DNA from: Eledone cirrhosa
Lineage: Eukaryota
Direction of reading: 5' to 3'
Length of the DNA stretch: 64,000 nt
Assembly: GCA_964016885.1 (NCBI GenBank)
Contig: OZ024762.1
Location: 5,890,001 to 5,954,000 of the forward strand
Shown: in pieces, positions 12,255 to 55,670 of the stretch
Layout: each line of letters opens with the position of its first letter
How positions within the stretch are numbered: the first letter of the stretch is position 1
Program-made: the position numbers and the translations under genes
Notes under the pieces: generated by a model
Told to the model about the DNA's origin: nothing
The model's database searches: none
What the model saw: only the letters and a program-made list of their open reading frames with translations

Positions 12255-13953
12255 AGAGGTACTGTAGGTTACCTGGATATGAAGAGTGGTAATGTAGGTT
12301 ACCTGGGTATATAGAGAGGTAATGTAGGTTACCTGGGTGTGTAGAGAGGTAATGTAGGTTACCTGGGTGTGTAGAGAGGTAATGTAGGTTACCTGGGTGT
12401 GTAGAGAGGTAATGTAGGTTACCTGGGTGTGTAGAGAGGTAATGTAGGTTACCTGGGTGTGTAGAGAGGTAATGCAGATTACCTGGGTATGTAGAGAGGT
12501 AATGTAGATCACCTGGGTATGTAGAGAGGTAATGTAGGTTACCTGGGTATATAGAGGTAATGTAGGTTACCTGGGTATATAGAGAGGAAATGTAGGTTAC
12601 CTGGGTACATAGAGAGGTAATGTAGGTTACCTGGGTACATAGAGAGGTAATGTAGATCACCTGGGTGTGTAGAGGTAATGTAGATCACCTGGGTGTGTAG
12701 AGAGGTAATGTATTTCACTTGGGTGTGTAGAGAGGTAATGTAGGTTACCTGGGTATATAGAGGTGTAATGTAGTGTACCTGGGTATATAGAGAGGTACTG
12801 TAGTTTACCTGGGTATATAGAGAGGTAATGTAGTGTACCAGGGTATATAGAGAGGTAATGTAGTGTACCTGGGTATATAGAGGGGTAATGTAACTTACCT
12901 GGGTATATAGAGGGGTAATGTAGATTACCTGGGTATATAGAGGTGTAATGTAGTGTACCTGGGTATATAGGGAGAAATGTAGGTTACCTGGGTATATAGA
13001 GAGGTACTGTAGTTTACCTGGGTATATAGAGGGGTAATGTAGGTTACCTGGGTATATAGAGGGGTAATGTAGATTACCTGGGTATATAGAGAGGTAATGT
13101 AGTTCACCTGGGTATATAGAGAGGTAATGTAGTTCACCTGGGTATATAGAGAGGTAATGTAGGTTACCTGGGTATATAGAGAGGTAATGTAGGTTACCTG
13201 GGTATATAGAGAGGTACTGTAGTTTACCTGGGTATATAGAGAGGTAATGTAGGTTACCTGGGTATATAGAGAGGTAATGTAGGTTACCTGGGTATATAGA
13301 GAGGTACTGTAGTTTACCTGGGTATATAGAGGGGTAATGTAGGTTACCTGGGTATATAGAGAGGTAATGTAGGTTACCTGGGTATATAGAGGGGTAATGT
13401 AGATTACCTGGGTATATAGAGAGGTAATCTAGTTTACCTGGGTATATAGAGAGGTAATGTAGGTTACCTGGGTATATAGAGAGGTAATGTAGGTTACCTG
13501 GGTATATAGAGGGGTAATGTAGATTACCTGGGTATATAGAGAGGTAATGTAGTTCACCTGGGTATATAGAGAGGTAATGTAGGTTACCTGGGTATATAGA
13601 GAGGTAATCTAGTTTACCTGGGTATATAGAGAGGTAATGTAGGTTACCTGGGTATATAGAGAGGTAATGTAGGTTACCTGGGTATATAGAGGGGTAATGT
13701 AGATTACCTGGGTATATAGAGAGGTAATGTAGTTCACCTGGGTATATAGAGAGGTAATGTAGGTTACCTGGGTATATAGAGAGGTAATCTAGTTTACCTG
13801 GGTATATAGAGAGGTAATGTAGGTTACCTGGGTATATAGAGAGGTAATGTAGGTTACCTGGGTATATAGAGAGGTACTGTAGTTTACCTGGGTATATAGA
13901 GAGGTAATGTAGGTTACCTGGGTATATAGAGAGGTAATGTAGGTTACCTGGGT
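12255..13953. repeat. 30-bp minisatellite ACCTGGGTATATAGAGAGGTAATGTAGGTT
   Basis: ~57 copies. Confidence 0.95.
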
Positions 13954-15329
13954 GGAGGAGGAGGACGGGGCGGGGTGAAAACTCGAAGGTAAGCTTTAGA
14001 TTTGTGAGAAGGGTTTACAATCAGATTCTGTAGATCTGGGGTAGCAAGCTGAAGCAATAATAGAATGGTTTTAGAAAATGGAAGGGAAAAGAAGATGAAA
14101 GAAAAAAAAACTGCAGCAGCAGCAGCGTTCTGGTGCAGTAATTTCAGTGCAGCAGTACTGAGAAGAAGGAGCAGGCTTTAATGAATGGTTCAAGAATTGG
14201 CTGGATTAAAATTTAAAAAAAAAAATGTTTCCAGAGAAGGAGGAAGAGGAGATTTATTTTACAGTGCTACTGTTGTGACGAGAACATTACAGGGCAATAA
14301 TGTATGGGCCTTACATGAAAGCGCACAAAGTCTGGCTATTAACAGTTCAATCCCCAACTTCTGAAGTGTGGCGGGTTTTTTTTTTTTCGTCATACAGGGC
14401 ATCAAATGGAAGATAAGCACAAAGAAAGAAAAAGAAAAAGAAAAGAAAAAGGGGGAAAAAAATGTATCAATGTTATCTAATATATATACACATATATATA
14501 TAACCTGTAAGCTCAGAAACACATGTTGAAAAAAACCAACAATCTGACTCTTTCTCATTCTCTCTGATCAGCAGTTTTATAAAGGGAGACAATCACATGC
14601 AACCTTAGAACTATTGCAAAAGATTAACCCTTTAATGTTCAAACCAGCCAGAATTCTCTACCTTTTTCTGTTGAAACTGGCTGTAACTGGTCACTCAAAC
14701 TGATGTTAAGGTATTGTTCTCAAAATAAATACTTTCAAAATCTCATAGATTCGATATTATGTGAGATAATTATGTGAGTTAAAGCATTTACCATGAAAAT
14801 ACATTAGTATATATAGAGTAATGTGAATGCTAAAGGGTTAAACAAAAAGCCATCTCTGATTCTGGAGAATTTATCACTGAAGAACAGGCTCCTTGCTTTA
14901 ATGTGTGTGTGCACATATATATATATATATATATACACACACATACAGATACATACATATATACATACATAGATATATACATATACATAATATATATATA
15001 GGAACGATCGACTTTCGTCAAATCGGACCGAGGGAACAATGTTTCCGTTGGTCTTTCCAATTGCTAATACTATCTATCGGTCGCAACTCCAGGTAGAAGG
15101 AGCAACGTGAAATAAAGTGTCTTGCTCAAGGACATAATGCATCGCCTGGTCCAGGAATCGAACTCACAACCTTACGATTGCGAATCCAATTCTCTAACCA
15201 CTCAGCCACACGCCTATACATATACATATATAATATATACACACAGCATATGTTGGATGGGTCCTCATGGGGGGTTTCTTGGGTGTTTTTATGATTGAGA
15301 GACATATAATCAATTTACCCTCTAAAAAA

Positions 15330-16752
15330 ATGGATGTTGGTGAAGAACACCTGAAGCACTGTATACTATATGAACTTAAAAAAGGACACATCAGCTGCCC
15401 AAACTGCAAGAGACATTTGTTCTGTGTATGGAAATCATCATTTTACATCCGCCTTTCCCTGCTTGCAAGGGTGGGACAGGAACTGATTCTGGCTTGATTT
15501 CTACAGCTGGATGCCCTTCCTAACACCAACCTCATTTACAGTGAGTGCTGGGTGCTTTTTTGCCGTGGCACCTCCACGTCCACTTTACAGTGGAATGATA
15601 GGGACCCCAGTCCCTATCATCTCATTTCTACAGCTGAGTGAACTGGAGCAATGTGAAATAAAGTGTCTTGCTCAAGGAAACAACACATGACCCGGTCTGA
15701 GAATTGAACTCACAACCTTTCGATTGCAAAGCCAATACTCTAACCACTAAGCCATGCACATCAATGTTCTAAATTATAGAAAATGTCAACGGTGATTTGC
15801 AAAAGTTTCTTCGGGTAATTTTGATCTTAAAGATTCCCTTCATTCTGGAAGACCAAAGTCAGTGGATAAGACAGCCCTTTGAGCTGCAGTAGAGGCTAAT
15901 CCGAAGTCTACGAGTAAAGAACTTGCTGAACGTCTCAATACAACACATACAACCATAATTTCATCTCTTCATGAACTAGGAAAGTTATCAAAACTGGGCC
16001 AATGGATTCCCCATGATCTGAATGATGCCCAACGAAATCAAAGGTCGACTTTTTGCTCTTCTTTGCTTTCAAGGAATGGCAGAGAATGTTTTTGGAAAGA
16101 ATTGTGACTGTGGATGAAAAATGGGTCCTGTACTCCAATGTCCAGTGCAAAAGACAGAGGTTGAGTAAAAGTCAAAGCCCAATGCCAATTCCAAAACGAG
16201 GATTATATCCCCAAAGGTGAGGCTCTGTTTATGGTGGGACATGAAAGGAGCGATTCCTTATGAACTTTTAAACCTAAACCAAACAACCACAGCTGAAAAA
16301 TATTGCTCACAGCTTGAAAATCTCAGGATTGCTTTATCCAGAAAAAGGCCAGCATTGCTCAGTAGGAAGGGTGTTGTGCTTCAGCAAGACAACACTAGGC
16401 CTCACACAGCAAGAATCACTCAACAAAAGAATATGAGTTTCAATTGGGAAGGTTTACCCCATCCACCTTATTCTCCTGACTTGGTTCCATCAGATTATCA
16501 TGTTTAGGTCTTTGCAGCATCATTTAAGCAATAAAACATGAAAATGATGACCAACTAAAAAATGACTTAGAACTGTTTTTTGCATCAAAACCAAAAAGTT
16601 TTTTTGAAAGAGGCATCAAAAACCTGGTGCAACGATGGAGTAATGTTATTGAAAATGAGGGAAACTATTGTTCAGAATAATATATTAAATAAATGTTATT
16701 TCTTTCATGAATTAGCTTATTTAAAAACCGACATTACTTTCTTTCTAACCTA
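15330..16752 (+). mobile_element. Mariner (DD34D) transposon relic with nested SINE
   Basis: MDVGEEHLKHCILYE..., IVTVDEKWVLY, LCLWWDMKG, QQDNTRPH, HPPYSPDLVPSDYH; stops and frameshifts; right TIR-like AAAAACCGACATTACTTTCTTTCTAACCTAA at ~16723-16752. Confidence 0.92.
15434..15761 (-). mobile_element. tRNA-derived SINE with RTE-type tail inserted in the mariner ORF
   Basis: Reverse complement closely resembles 53321-53630; transposase resumes on both sides. Confidence 0.8.
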
Positions 16753-18011
16753 ACAGATTTAACTGGCCTCCTACAAGGTTGCACCACATAGAAAGTTTCT
16801 TAGCTGTGTTAATGATAGGGGACCCATCCTATCATGTTGTTGTTGCTACAGCTCACACATATGAAGGTTTAGCTGGCCTCCTACTTGGTTGTATCTAATG
16901 AATGGATGTACCTTTTTTTAGGCTAATAGTATGGAGTTACATAACTGCTATGATGAGTCGACATAGTGATGTTTTTGCCCTCTGAAACGATCGTAAAACA
17001 CTGGATTAATTAACTACTACACCTAGTCTTATTATATATATTTTTATTATATATATATATAATAAAAAAAACAACAACTATGTGATAAAAGTGTCTTACT
17101 CAAGAACACAACATACCAGCAGAGCCAGTAATCAAACCTACAACCCTAAGTAGGTAGGTCCAGTACCCTAACCACAAGACCATGCACCTTCAGCCATAAG
17201 AAAAAAAAAAGCATTTAGGATTTTATGAAAATCTTAAGTGTGAGATATCATGATATTGTCCAAAAATATAAAATAACAGAATTACAGTGCACCAGTATTT
17301 AGTCCTTAACAGACCACCTAAAATAATGTTTTTGTAGTAGCTTTTTTATTGTTATTTTTCTTTGTTTTGTTTTTCTAGTCATTCCACAAGTTTTTGAACC
17401 ATCTGTCCTGGTTCCCAAATCAGGAAAATTTAAAAATCCAGCCTTTTTTTTAGGGGGGGAGCCGGGTTTGAATTGGGTACCACATATCCACTTTTATTTT
17501 ATTATTTTTGGGGCTCATCCTCCCCTTCACACCCCAACCCAGTGGTATTTGTATCACCATAATATTAAATGGATTAATAAAAGATCAAACAGACCCTGCT
17601 TTAGAAGTGTAATAATTTGTATCTGTTAACTCTTAACGTTCTGTACCACATGAAACCACATTAGCAAGACACTTTTGAAAAATAACAAAAACAACACTAT
17701 GACGGTATCACATCAAAAACAGAAATCTTCACTTTAGTTTACAGCAAATTTTCACAAGGATTCGTTCACTACAAAAGACACTACAAACATTTGAATTAAC
17801 AAACCCGTTTTATTGAAATTTTCTGCTAAATCAGTTACAGGATGTTAAGAGATAATACTGCAAATTTTCACAATGACCTGTCCACTAATAAAGACACTAT
17901 AAACATTTGAAATAACAAACCCGTTTTATAGATATTCTCTGCTAAAACATTATAGGATGTTAAGAGTTAAATAAAGTTTTATTCTTTACTTTTCATTGTT
18001 TATTTCATATT

Positions 18012-18252
18012 TTAACCCTTTTGATAACATCCTTTGGTTCTAAGAACCCACCAATTTTAAAGGATTCTTATTTAAGTTAAAACCTTCCAATATACATTTT
18101 CACCTTTTCTAAAGCTATGTTACAAATACCATCTTAATTAAAAAAAAAAAAATTAATAATAATAATTTCTGTAAATCCTTCCAAATTTCCAATTAATTAA
18201 TTAATTCAAATACTGAGTGTTTTCATTAGAAATATAGTAACAAAAGGGTTAA
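18012..18252. mobile_element. TTAA-flanked piggyBac-like MITE (similar ends at 14626-14841, 17627-17970, 40132-40670)
   Basis: TTAA-CCCTTTTGATA ... TAACAAAAGGG-TTAA. Confidence 0.65.
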
Positions 18253-18974
18253 CTACACGAAAAAGCACCCGGCCTTTCGTGTGTGTAAATTTATTTCTGT
18301 TATTTACACTATGCTACAGAACTTGGGCTACTTTTCCGTGTGCTACCCTGTATATATTCAGAAATCTAGACCACCCCCAGTCACAAGCTGGTGGTTTTAA
18401 TAGTTCAGCCCCTGTATTATAAACTACAATCCTGAGATAAATATTTCTATATACAAATAAATACATATACAATGAAATCTTTCATACCAATGATTGACAA
18501 TATAACAATAAATACTGTTCAATAAATAGGTTGTTGATAGTGTCTTTGGTTGATTTTTTTTTTTTTTTTTGGTTTTGGTTTCTGAAAAGAATTTATCATC
18601 AGTTTCCTTGATAAATGAATGAATACACTCTACTAACAAGTATTGAGTACTTTTTCTCTCATTTGCTTACCCAGACGTGTACTTACACACATTTTATATA
18701 TATATATATATACATATATATACATACACATACATGTATATAACAGGGAAAGAGGATGATATTAAATGATGACATATACATATATAATGATGGGATATAT
18801 ATATATATATTAAAGGGATATATGTATATATATATATATATAGTAAGTGGTAAATTGGGCTATACCAGGTACAGTATCAATTCTGCACCTAAACACACAT
18901 TGAGCACTACATGGTCTTCCCAATGTCCATACTGCAAACATCATGTGTGTGTGTGTGTATGTGTGTGTGTGTGG

Positions 18975-19096
<122 letters not shown>

Positions 19097-19527
19097 TCTT
19101 AGAAAATGTAAAAATCTGAAATGTAGAAATTAACAGTAACACCTCAAATTCCAGAATTTGGGAGGTACAGAGTTCAATTCTTCATAGTGGCCATTTTCCC
19201 CGCATCTCTTGAGGTATTTAACTCAATTTTCTAAGCTATTATTTATAGCAGTTGACTATAGTTACAGTTATTTTCTGCATTTAAGATTTCAACATTTTCT
19301 AGAAATTTCAATCTGCTCAATGCTCCTATTTATTTTTGAAATGTACTGTATACTCACGCACACAAATATATATATATGTATTGAAATTTCCGTTGGAAAC
19401 AGAAAAGGTCATAGAAATGAAGAGTGCTCTATGTAAGTATCAGAGCAAAATTTAACGTTTATTTCGTATTCGCCTCATTCGGGAAACCTCTTGTAATGAG
19501 GTAATTATATTGTATTGATTTTTATAC

Positions 19528-19568
<41 letters not shown>

Positions 19569-19786
19569 ACAAGGTGCATGAACTCCTCAACTGTGAGTTA
19601 AATAGCTAAATAAACTCCTCAACCATGATCCTCAACTATGAATTAAATAGCCTCACCAACCCACAATTGGCTAATCGTGGTGAGTATGGCCACACACTTG
19701 ACATGACCAAAACCAAACAGAAAGTGGTGGAGGTCAACCAAGGAAGGGTTCCTTCAACAGGAGAGAGAAGGTCTTGGATTTATTGA

Positions 19787-19905
<119 letters not shown>

Positions 19906-19989
19906 GAAGGAAATGTGGTAAGGAACCAGATGGACCATAACGCACCAAAGTACTCAATACTTAGGGTAGTAGAGTGGGTCCTACTCGTT

Positions 19990-20067
<78 letters not shown>

Positions 20068-20155
20068 AAACGAAGGAAATGTGGTAAGGAACCAGATGGA
20101 CCATAACGCACCAAAGTACTCAATACTTAGGGTAGTAGAGTGGGTCCTACTCGTT

Positions 20156-20192
<37 letters not shown>

Positions 20193-20336
20193 GCACATAC
20201 ATATATATATCAGTGAAAAGAGATTGCTAAAACAATTTCATTCAGAAAAGCAAATACATATAAAACACCTCATACAAAATCTACTGCCATCTACCCTGCA
20301 GAGATTTTGTATGTGTGTGTGTGTATATATATATTG

Positions 20337-20639
20337 CCTTTTCGATTTCCATGTGTCTAACACACGTGGACATGCCCACAAAGTAAGAAAACAGCACAGT
20401 TCCCATGACTTTCGGAAACATTTTTTCACGCTCAGAGTTGCTGAAGCATGGAACAAACTACCTGCATCGGTTGTTAGCTGTCGAGACACTGCATCCTTTA
20501 AGGCCTCCATGCTTCCCGAGATCCGCCAACACTACAGCTAACACATACACACATGTACTTCCCTGACATTTGTGTATTATTCTATGTACTATATTGACGA
20601 GTTGTAGTGCACCTGAGCACTTTACACAATAATTTCATT

Positions 20640-20655
<16 letters not shown>
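20337..20655 (+). mobile_element. CR1-like LINE 3' end
   Basis: NTRGHAHKVRK...RKHFFTLRVAEAWNKLP, (ATT)n tail. Confidence 0.85.
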
Positions 20656-20671
<16 letters not shown>

Positions 20672-22594
20672 TAGTAAGTAAAAAAACAGAAATGGAATGA
20701 AGTGAAAGAGGAGACAGATAACTGAAGACTGTGAAAGTTAAAAACAAGGTAAAAAAACATTGGTGAAAAAATATATGGACAAAAGTATTTTTAATGAAAA
20801 TATATACATCCACACACATACACACACACACACACCCACCCACCCACACATACACATATATATATATATATACATATATACACACACACATCCATCCATA
20901 TATAAATACTTACACACACACATACATCCATGCATTAATACACACACACATACATAACACATAGATGTATACACACATACATAACACAGATATATACACA
21001 CATAGATACATTCACACATACATACATGTGTAAATTTTGAATGAGAAACATTTCAGTTGAGATAGCTCAAGTTAATAACCTGTTTAAATTCCTATTTTTT
21101 GTTATATTGATGGACTAATCAGAATTTTATTCTCTCACCTTTACCCTGTCTTTTCCCCTATTGTTACCAACCCTGTCTTTTCCCCTATTGTTACCAACCC
21201 TGTACAAACCAGTTCTTACAAAGACAAAGACATCCATACATTCTGGCACCATAGCCTCCCCCACTCCACCATCTTCCATGTGTGTTCTAATAAGTTATTT
21301 ATCAAACTAAATATAACCATAGTACAAATATAACCATAGTACAAATATAACAATAGTACAAATTACATATTACTCTACTAGTGGCTACAAAAAAACAAAC
21401 TAATTGTATAATTAGGGTGTCTCTGCATAGATGGGTGTATAAACCATATCTCTATAATTTAGTGTGTACATGAATATATGTGTATCTTTGGGACAGGTGT
21501 GGGTTCTATAAAACAGAAGGAAGGCAACCCATCTAGGGAAGCAGTAACTCCAAATAAATAATATTGTATGAGGTAGACAAAGTCCAGGAGGACAGTCTAT
21601 CTGAATAAATAAGTCTGCACAGAGTAGACATGGGGTCTAGAAGCTGTAGCAAGAACAACTTGTTTAAGAGAGAAGTCAGTCTGAATAAAAATTAATATGT
21701 CCTTACATAAAACCTCTCTAGTACTGGTGGCATGATAAAATGCACCCTGTCCATGCTGTAAAGTGATTAGTGACTAGAAAACCTCTGCCAAAAATCATGA
21801 CTCACAACAGTCTCAGCAGAACTCCTACATGAAGCACATTTGAGAATAGTGTCTGATGAAAGCAGAAACATATTCTGGCTCTGAAGGGAATGTCTGTTCT
21901 TTGGAGTGAAGTTTTAATAATCTATATAAATAAATCACAATATCTGTGTGTCTGTCCTGTAGAGAATAATTATTGTTGAACTAAATCAAATAAATGTTTG
22001 TAGTTTTTCCCTTTTCAAACATTTGTATACATTAACTATGAGAAACACTGTCAAGAATATTTGTTGGTTTTATTGGAAGGTTGCTGTATGAGATAATGAG
22101 AGATTGTGAGACCAAACATTTATAACAACCTTTAGTTATTTGTAATCCATGTGGATTAAGAACAAAACTATTTCCTTGATATGTATGTTGACTGAATTTT
22201 GGACTGAATTGGTTTCAAAGTCATTGAAATACATGACAGAACCTATAGGGCAGCAGCTTAGCTAGAAAGTTCTTGAGTCAGACACTGTCAAAAAATTTTG
22301 CAGATGTGCAAGTTGTCAAAAGGTTTTGCAAGCGTCAAAAATAAACTGACACAATTTGAACCCAGAGTCCAGAGAAGCAAAACCAAATAACGAGGGGTTT
22401 AATGCAATGATCTAATGAACCTGCCAATCAACCATCAATTATTACTCAATCATCAACCTAGAAAAGGTTTGACAACTGCATTGTTGTTTGTGAAGATCAT
22501 TTTCTATGCTGAACGTTGACGCATTCAGGAAATTTCTTTTAATAATGTTCTAAGCCCAAAATTGTTTTACTTCTCCACCCCACCACCCCCAAAT

Positions 22595-22628
<34 letters not shown>

Positions 22629-22880
22629 CACTGAGGTGAGTCAATAATAAACTGATATGGGATTTCTATAAACATATATTATCTCTCTCCCTCTCTCTTA
22701 CACTCATTTTTATCTACCTGTGTGTTTCTTCAGATACAACCTACATCCACACACACTGAGATCAGAGTAATATGTGTATGTGTGTATATATGTATACACA
22801 CATACACATATTACTTGCTTATAACTCTCTCTCTCTCTCTCCCAGCATATTAATATACACAAATGAGATCAGTATCTATA

Positions 22881-22925
<45 letters not shown>

Positions 22926-24103
22926 AACATACACACACACATATATATGCATTTAAATCTGAATGTTTATACAGATATGTATATACATACGTGTACATTT
23001 TTACACCCATTTCCCCTGAGTCTGAAATAAAACACTGATATAAAACTAAAATTGTGTAAAATGTTTACAACAGACATGATGATGACGATGATAATGAAAT
23101 TGATGGTGAAGAGGGCGAGAATGTGGATGATGCCTACAAAAAAAAAAGGAATTGTAGCATGATTTCAACTGAAGTGAAGCCATCATCATTGTCAAGGGTA
23201 AAAAGAAACATGGGCTATGGACATTGGCTACCCTACAGGGCTTAAAAGACAGTGGGGCTGTGGACATTGGCTACCATACAGGACTTAGACACTATCAGTA
23301 ACAACAGAGATGGCAGTGAATGTTTCTGATTGTCATTAAAATTTTACATCATTAGAATTTTGTCAGTGCTAACTAATAGCCTTGCCACTTCAGTCAGACC
23401 AAAATAAAAAGAAAGCAACCAATGATCAGATTGGACCAGGGGTACAATGTGTCTACTGGTGATATTATCTGTTAGTCACAACTGGCAGAAGCTGTGTTCA
23501 TATATTAGAAAAGAAAGGAACCGGTTATCAGACTGGACCAGGGGAACAATGTTTCCACTTGGCTGAAGAAGCAACATAAAAGAAAGTGTTTTGCTCAAGA
23601 AAACAATCTGCTGTCCAGTCCTGGAATTGAGCCAACCATATTACTGATCATTTGTCCAACACCCTAACCACCATGCTACGCGCCTTCACAGGTCAGAACC
23701 ACCACCAACCAAACAGTAGGGAGGCTGTCATGTCTTTGACACAACTGAAGGGGCCCCCTGACCCTTTGTTTAGCAGGTTTTCTATGGCTGGATGCCATTC
23801 CTATCCCCCAACTAATATAAAGAGTGTACTGGGCGCATTTTTCATATCAATCACCTATACTAGAGAGGTTAGGCAAAGAATCTTCCTAATCATTATATAT
23901 TTGTGTAATTTTGCCTAAAGGCATAACTTCTCCTGTCTTTGTCTCTACTGGCTTTGTTACATCGCAATGTGAACTGGAACGAACAGAATTAACCTTAATT
24001 TACTGAAACCATAGTCATTTCCAGAGGTTAACTGAGGAGATGGGACAATCTATTTTTCTGTTGTTTTTTCCATTGTCTTTGTCCAATGCAACCCCACCAT
24101 ATT

Positions 24104-24157
<54 letters not shown>

Positions 24158-25299
24158 CTGAGTTTTGTAGCTTGTTTGAAGCATTGTTGAATAGAAAACA
24201 AATTTAAATAATTTTGGAAACCAAACAATGCATTAGGAAGAACATTAAATCGCCAAGATAACAAAAGAATCTTACCTTAGCAAATTTAATATTTTCGGGT
24301 TTAAAAACCCATTATCAGGGAAGGAACCCCATGAGAGACTTAAAAGATTGATAGGATTGACTTGTTTGTTTGAGAGCAGATTGAAGTTAAATGAAATGAA
24401 AAGACGTTAAAATTTCAAATGTGTGCGTTGTGAAATGTATGATATATGCATGTGTGTGCGTGAATGTAAGTGTGCTTAGTGGGATGTTTGTACGTGTGTG
24501 CATGAATGTAAGTTTATGTAGTGAAAGATGTGTGCAAATATGTATATAGTAAAATGGGAAAAATATGTGCGACATATGTATGTGTGTGTGAGTCTAAGTG
24601 TGTTCGCCTAGTGAGGACATAGATTTAATATATGTAAATATATAGGTATATGTATATATGTATATATATGTATGTAAATGAGCTAAACAAAGAGCATACA
24701 ACAAATTCTCCCTCTCCTGTCTTCTATAATAGACTAGAGAGCCTATGTTTCATTTCAGCCAGAATGCCCAACAATCTTAAGAAGGGAGTATACACTGATC
24801 AAACAAGGGGATTCAATCCAATCAGGCATGCTGAACATCTTCACAATATTTGCATATATTTGCATATCTAGGTTGATGTGTCTACGACTTGCTCCTCAAC
24901 ATTATATATACATACCAGCACCACTGTATTCAACAGCAATATTCAACATGTACTACAAATATACATATATTCACACATTATATATAGTGGTAGAACACTG
25001 GGAGGTTATATCCATAGTGGTAGAGCACTCAGTCCATGGGACAAGTTCGATAGAAGTTAGTTCCGCAACAGTTAATTAACCATTGTTAAGGATACACGTT
25101 TCACCTTGCAGATCTTCACGCTTGACTGAATGGTTTATCGCCGGAAAACAGGAGGCTATATAAAGAATGTTGATCATGCGAGAGTTCATTGACAAGGGAG
25201 GCAACTTAAGTTAGACTGATGTGCGGGAGATAATTGAGATTGTTCTGGATACAAACAGTTAGGGTCCCAAGTGGATGAAATTAGTCTGGGTCTTTGTAG

Positions 25300-25900
25300 T
25301 TACATAATGAGTATTTGGCAGCATGGGGACAGCGATTATAGAAATCACATCTTGTATGTAGACAGGTGCTGTTACGTAATCTCCGCAGGATATTTATTCA
25401 TTCTTCGAAGCACAGCTGGCAAACAAATTCCCATTTCTGTATAGCTTAGATTTGGTCAGCAGAACTTTCCATTGAATGGTGTAATCCATGCCTGTGGTCC
25501 TTGAATGAACATATGTGGCTTGCGAGCTTTGTGGACGATTGTTTATTTGGGTGTCTAGACGTCGTCTGATGACTAAGGAAGCGTTTTTTAAACCGGCCCT
25601 CCGCCATACCTACATATGATTTGACATCTTGTTGGTTTAATCAGGTAGATGTAACTACAGCTTCAAAAACTAAAGCGGGTGTGTTGCACTCTTGCTGAAG
25701 AGGACTTGCTTCTGGCCTTCTGCAAGAGCATCCAGGTGGGGTTGAGCTCTTGGGGTTGGTGGGGATGTGAGCTTTCATATTTTTAGCACAGGAGTAGCCG
25801 AGTTTCACCCTGTGGTCTATTGAAGATAGATCGATATTTATGACCTGTGGGGAAGTGCTTATCTAGGAGAGCTAAGAATTTCTTACCTACAATATTTCTA
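25300..25900 (-). mobile_element. Degenerate Penelope-like element fragment (GIY-YIG)
   Basis: Minus-strand pieces KYRSIFNR, VKLGYSC.KNMKAHI, CSCRRP, LVFEAVVTS, YVGMAEGRFKKRF.SH, STKLASH, CQLCFEE, RCPHAAKY, with frameshifts. Confidence 0.75.
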
Positions 25901-26838
25901 AATACAAGATCAGATTTCTATAATCGCTATCTCTATGCAGCCAAGTACTCAAGACTAATTTCATCTGCTGGGGACCCAACCTGCTTGATCCAGAATGATC
26001 TCAATTGTCTCCCCTTGAGTTACCTCCCTTGTCAATGAGCTTGCGTATGACTGACATTCTTCATAAAGCTTCTGTATTTTGGCTATAAACCAGTCAGTCG
26101 AGTGTGATGATCCACAAGGTAATAATGGTTAAACATATATATATATATATAATTAATGTGTGCTTGACACAGTAGATTGCTACCTTAGGTTTCATGACAT
26201 ACACCTGTATTAGTCATAAAAGTTTTATTATGGCTTTACTTGAGTAAGCTTTTCCTCAGACGAAGTGTCTAACTTGCATAAGTTGGATGAGTTGTCACAT
26301 TCTGAAGCTAGACAGGACACATACACATATACATATATATATATATACACACACATAATTATCAACAACAGCACATACACACACATTTAATACAGAATTA
26401 AATAAAACAGTAAAATACTCCTGAACCGTATTGCACAGTCTTAGAATCGGTAACAAATGGATTTTGGGCTTCTTTGGTTTTTGTTCTTTGGTTGGGCTTT
26501 TCACTTTTTTTTCATTTTACAATAAAACCCATATTGTCTTATATTTATTTAAAAAATATTTTTTAAAGAGATTAGGGCTTTCAGCTGCTTCCAGAAATAA
26601 GTTAAATGGTAGGAAAATCGAAGGACAATCTCTCTCTCAGGAGATGCATATATGAATGGTGAGTAGATTTCAGTAGATTTTGGTGAGCAAAGTGGGGGAG
26701 AGAGAGAGAAAGGAAGAATTGCTAGAGGTATTATAAAGTAGTGAAAATGATTTTAGTAAAATGCAGAGAGGTGAAAAGGATGATGATGCTTAGTGGTTGT
26801 GGTAGTTAGTGATTGGTGGTTGGTAAGTGTTTAAAGCC

Positions 26839-55670
<28,832 letters not shown>

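Noticed and set aside
12255-13953. Possible CRISPR array (also considered for other 25-46 bp arrays)
   Set aside because: Units are contiguous with no unique spacers, there are no cas genes, and the context is eukaryotic.
16945-17005. Hammerhead-like remnant (TGATGA...GAAA-CGATCG-TA); similar trace at 29555-29580
   Set aside because: The core C and stem I pairing are missing; too degenerate to call.
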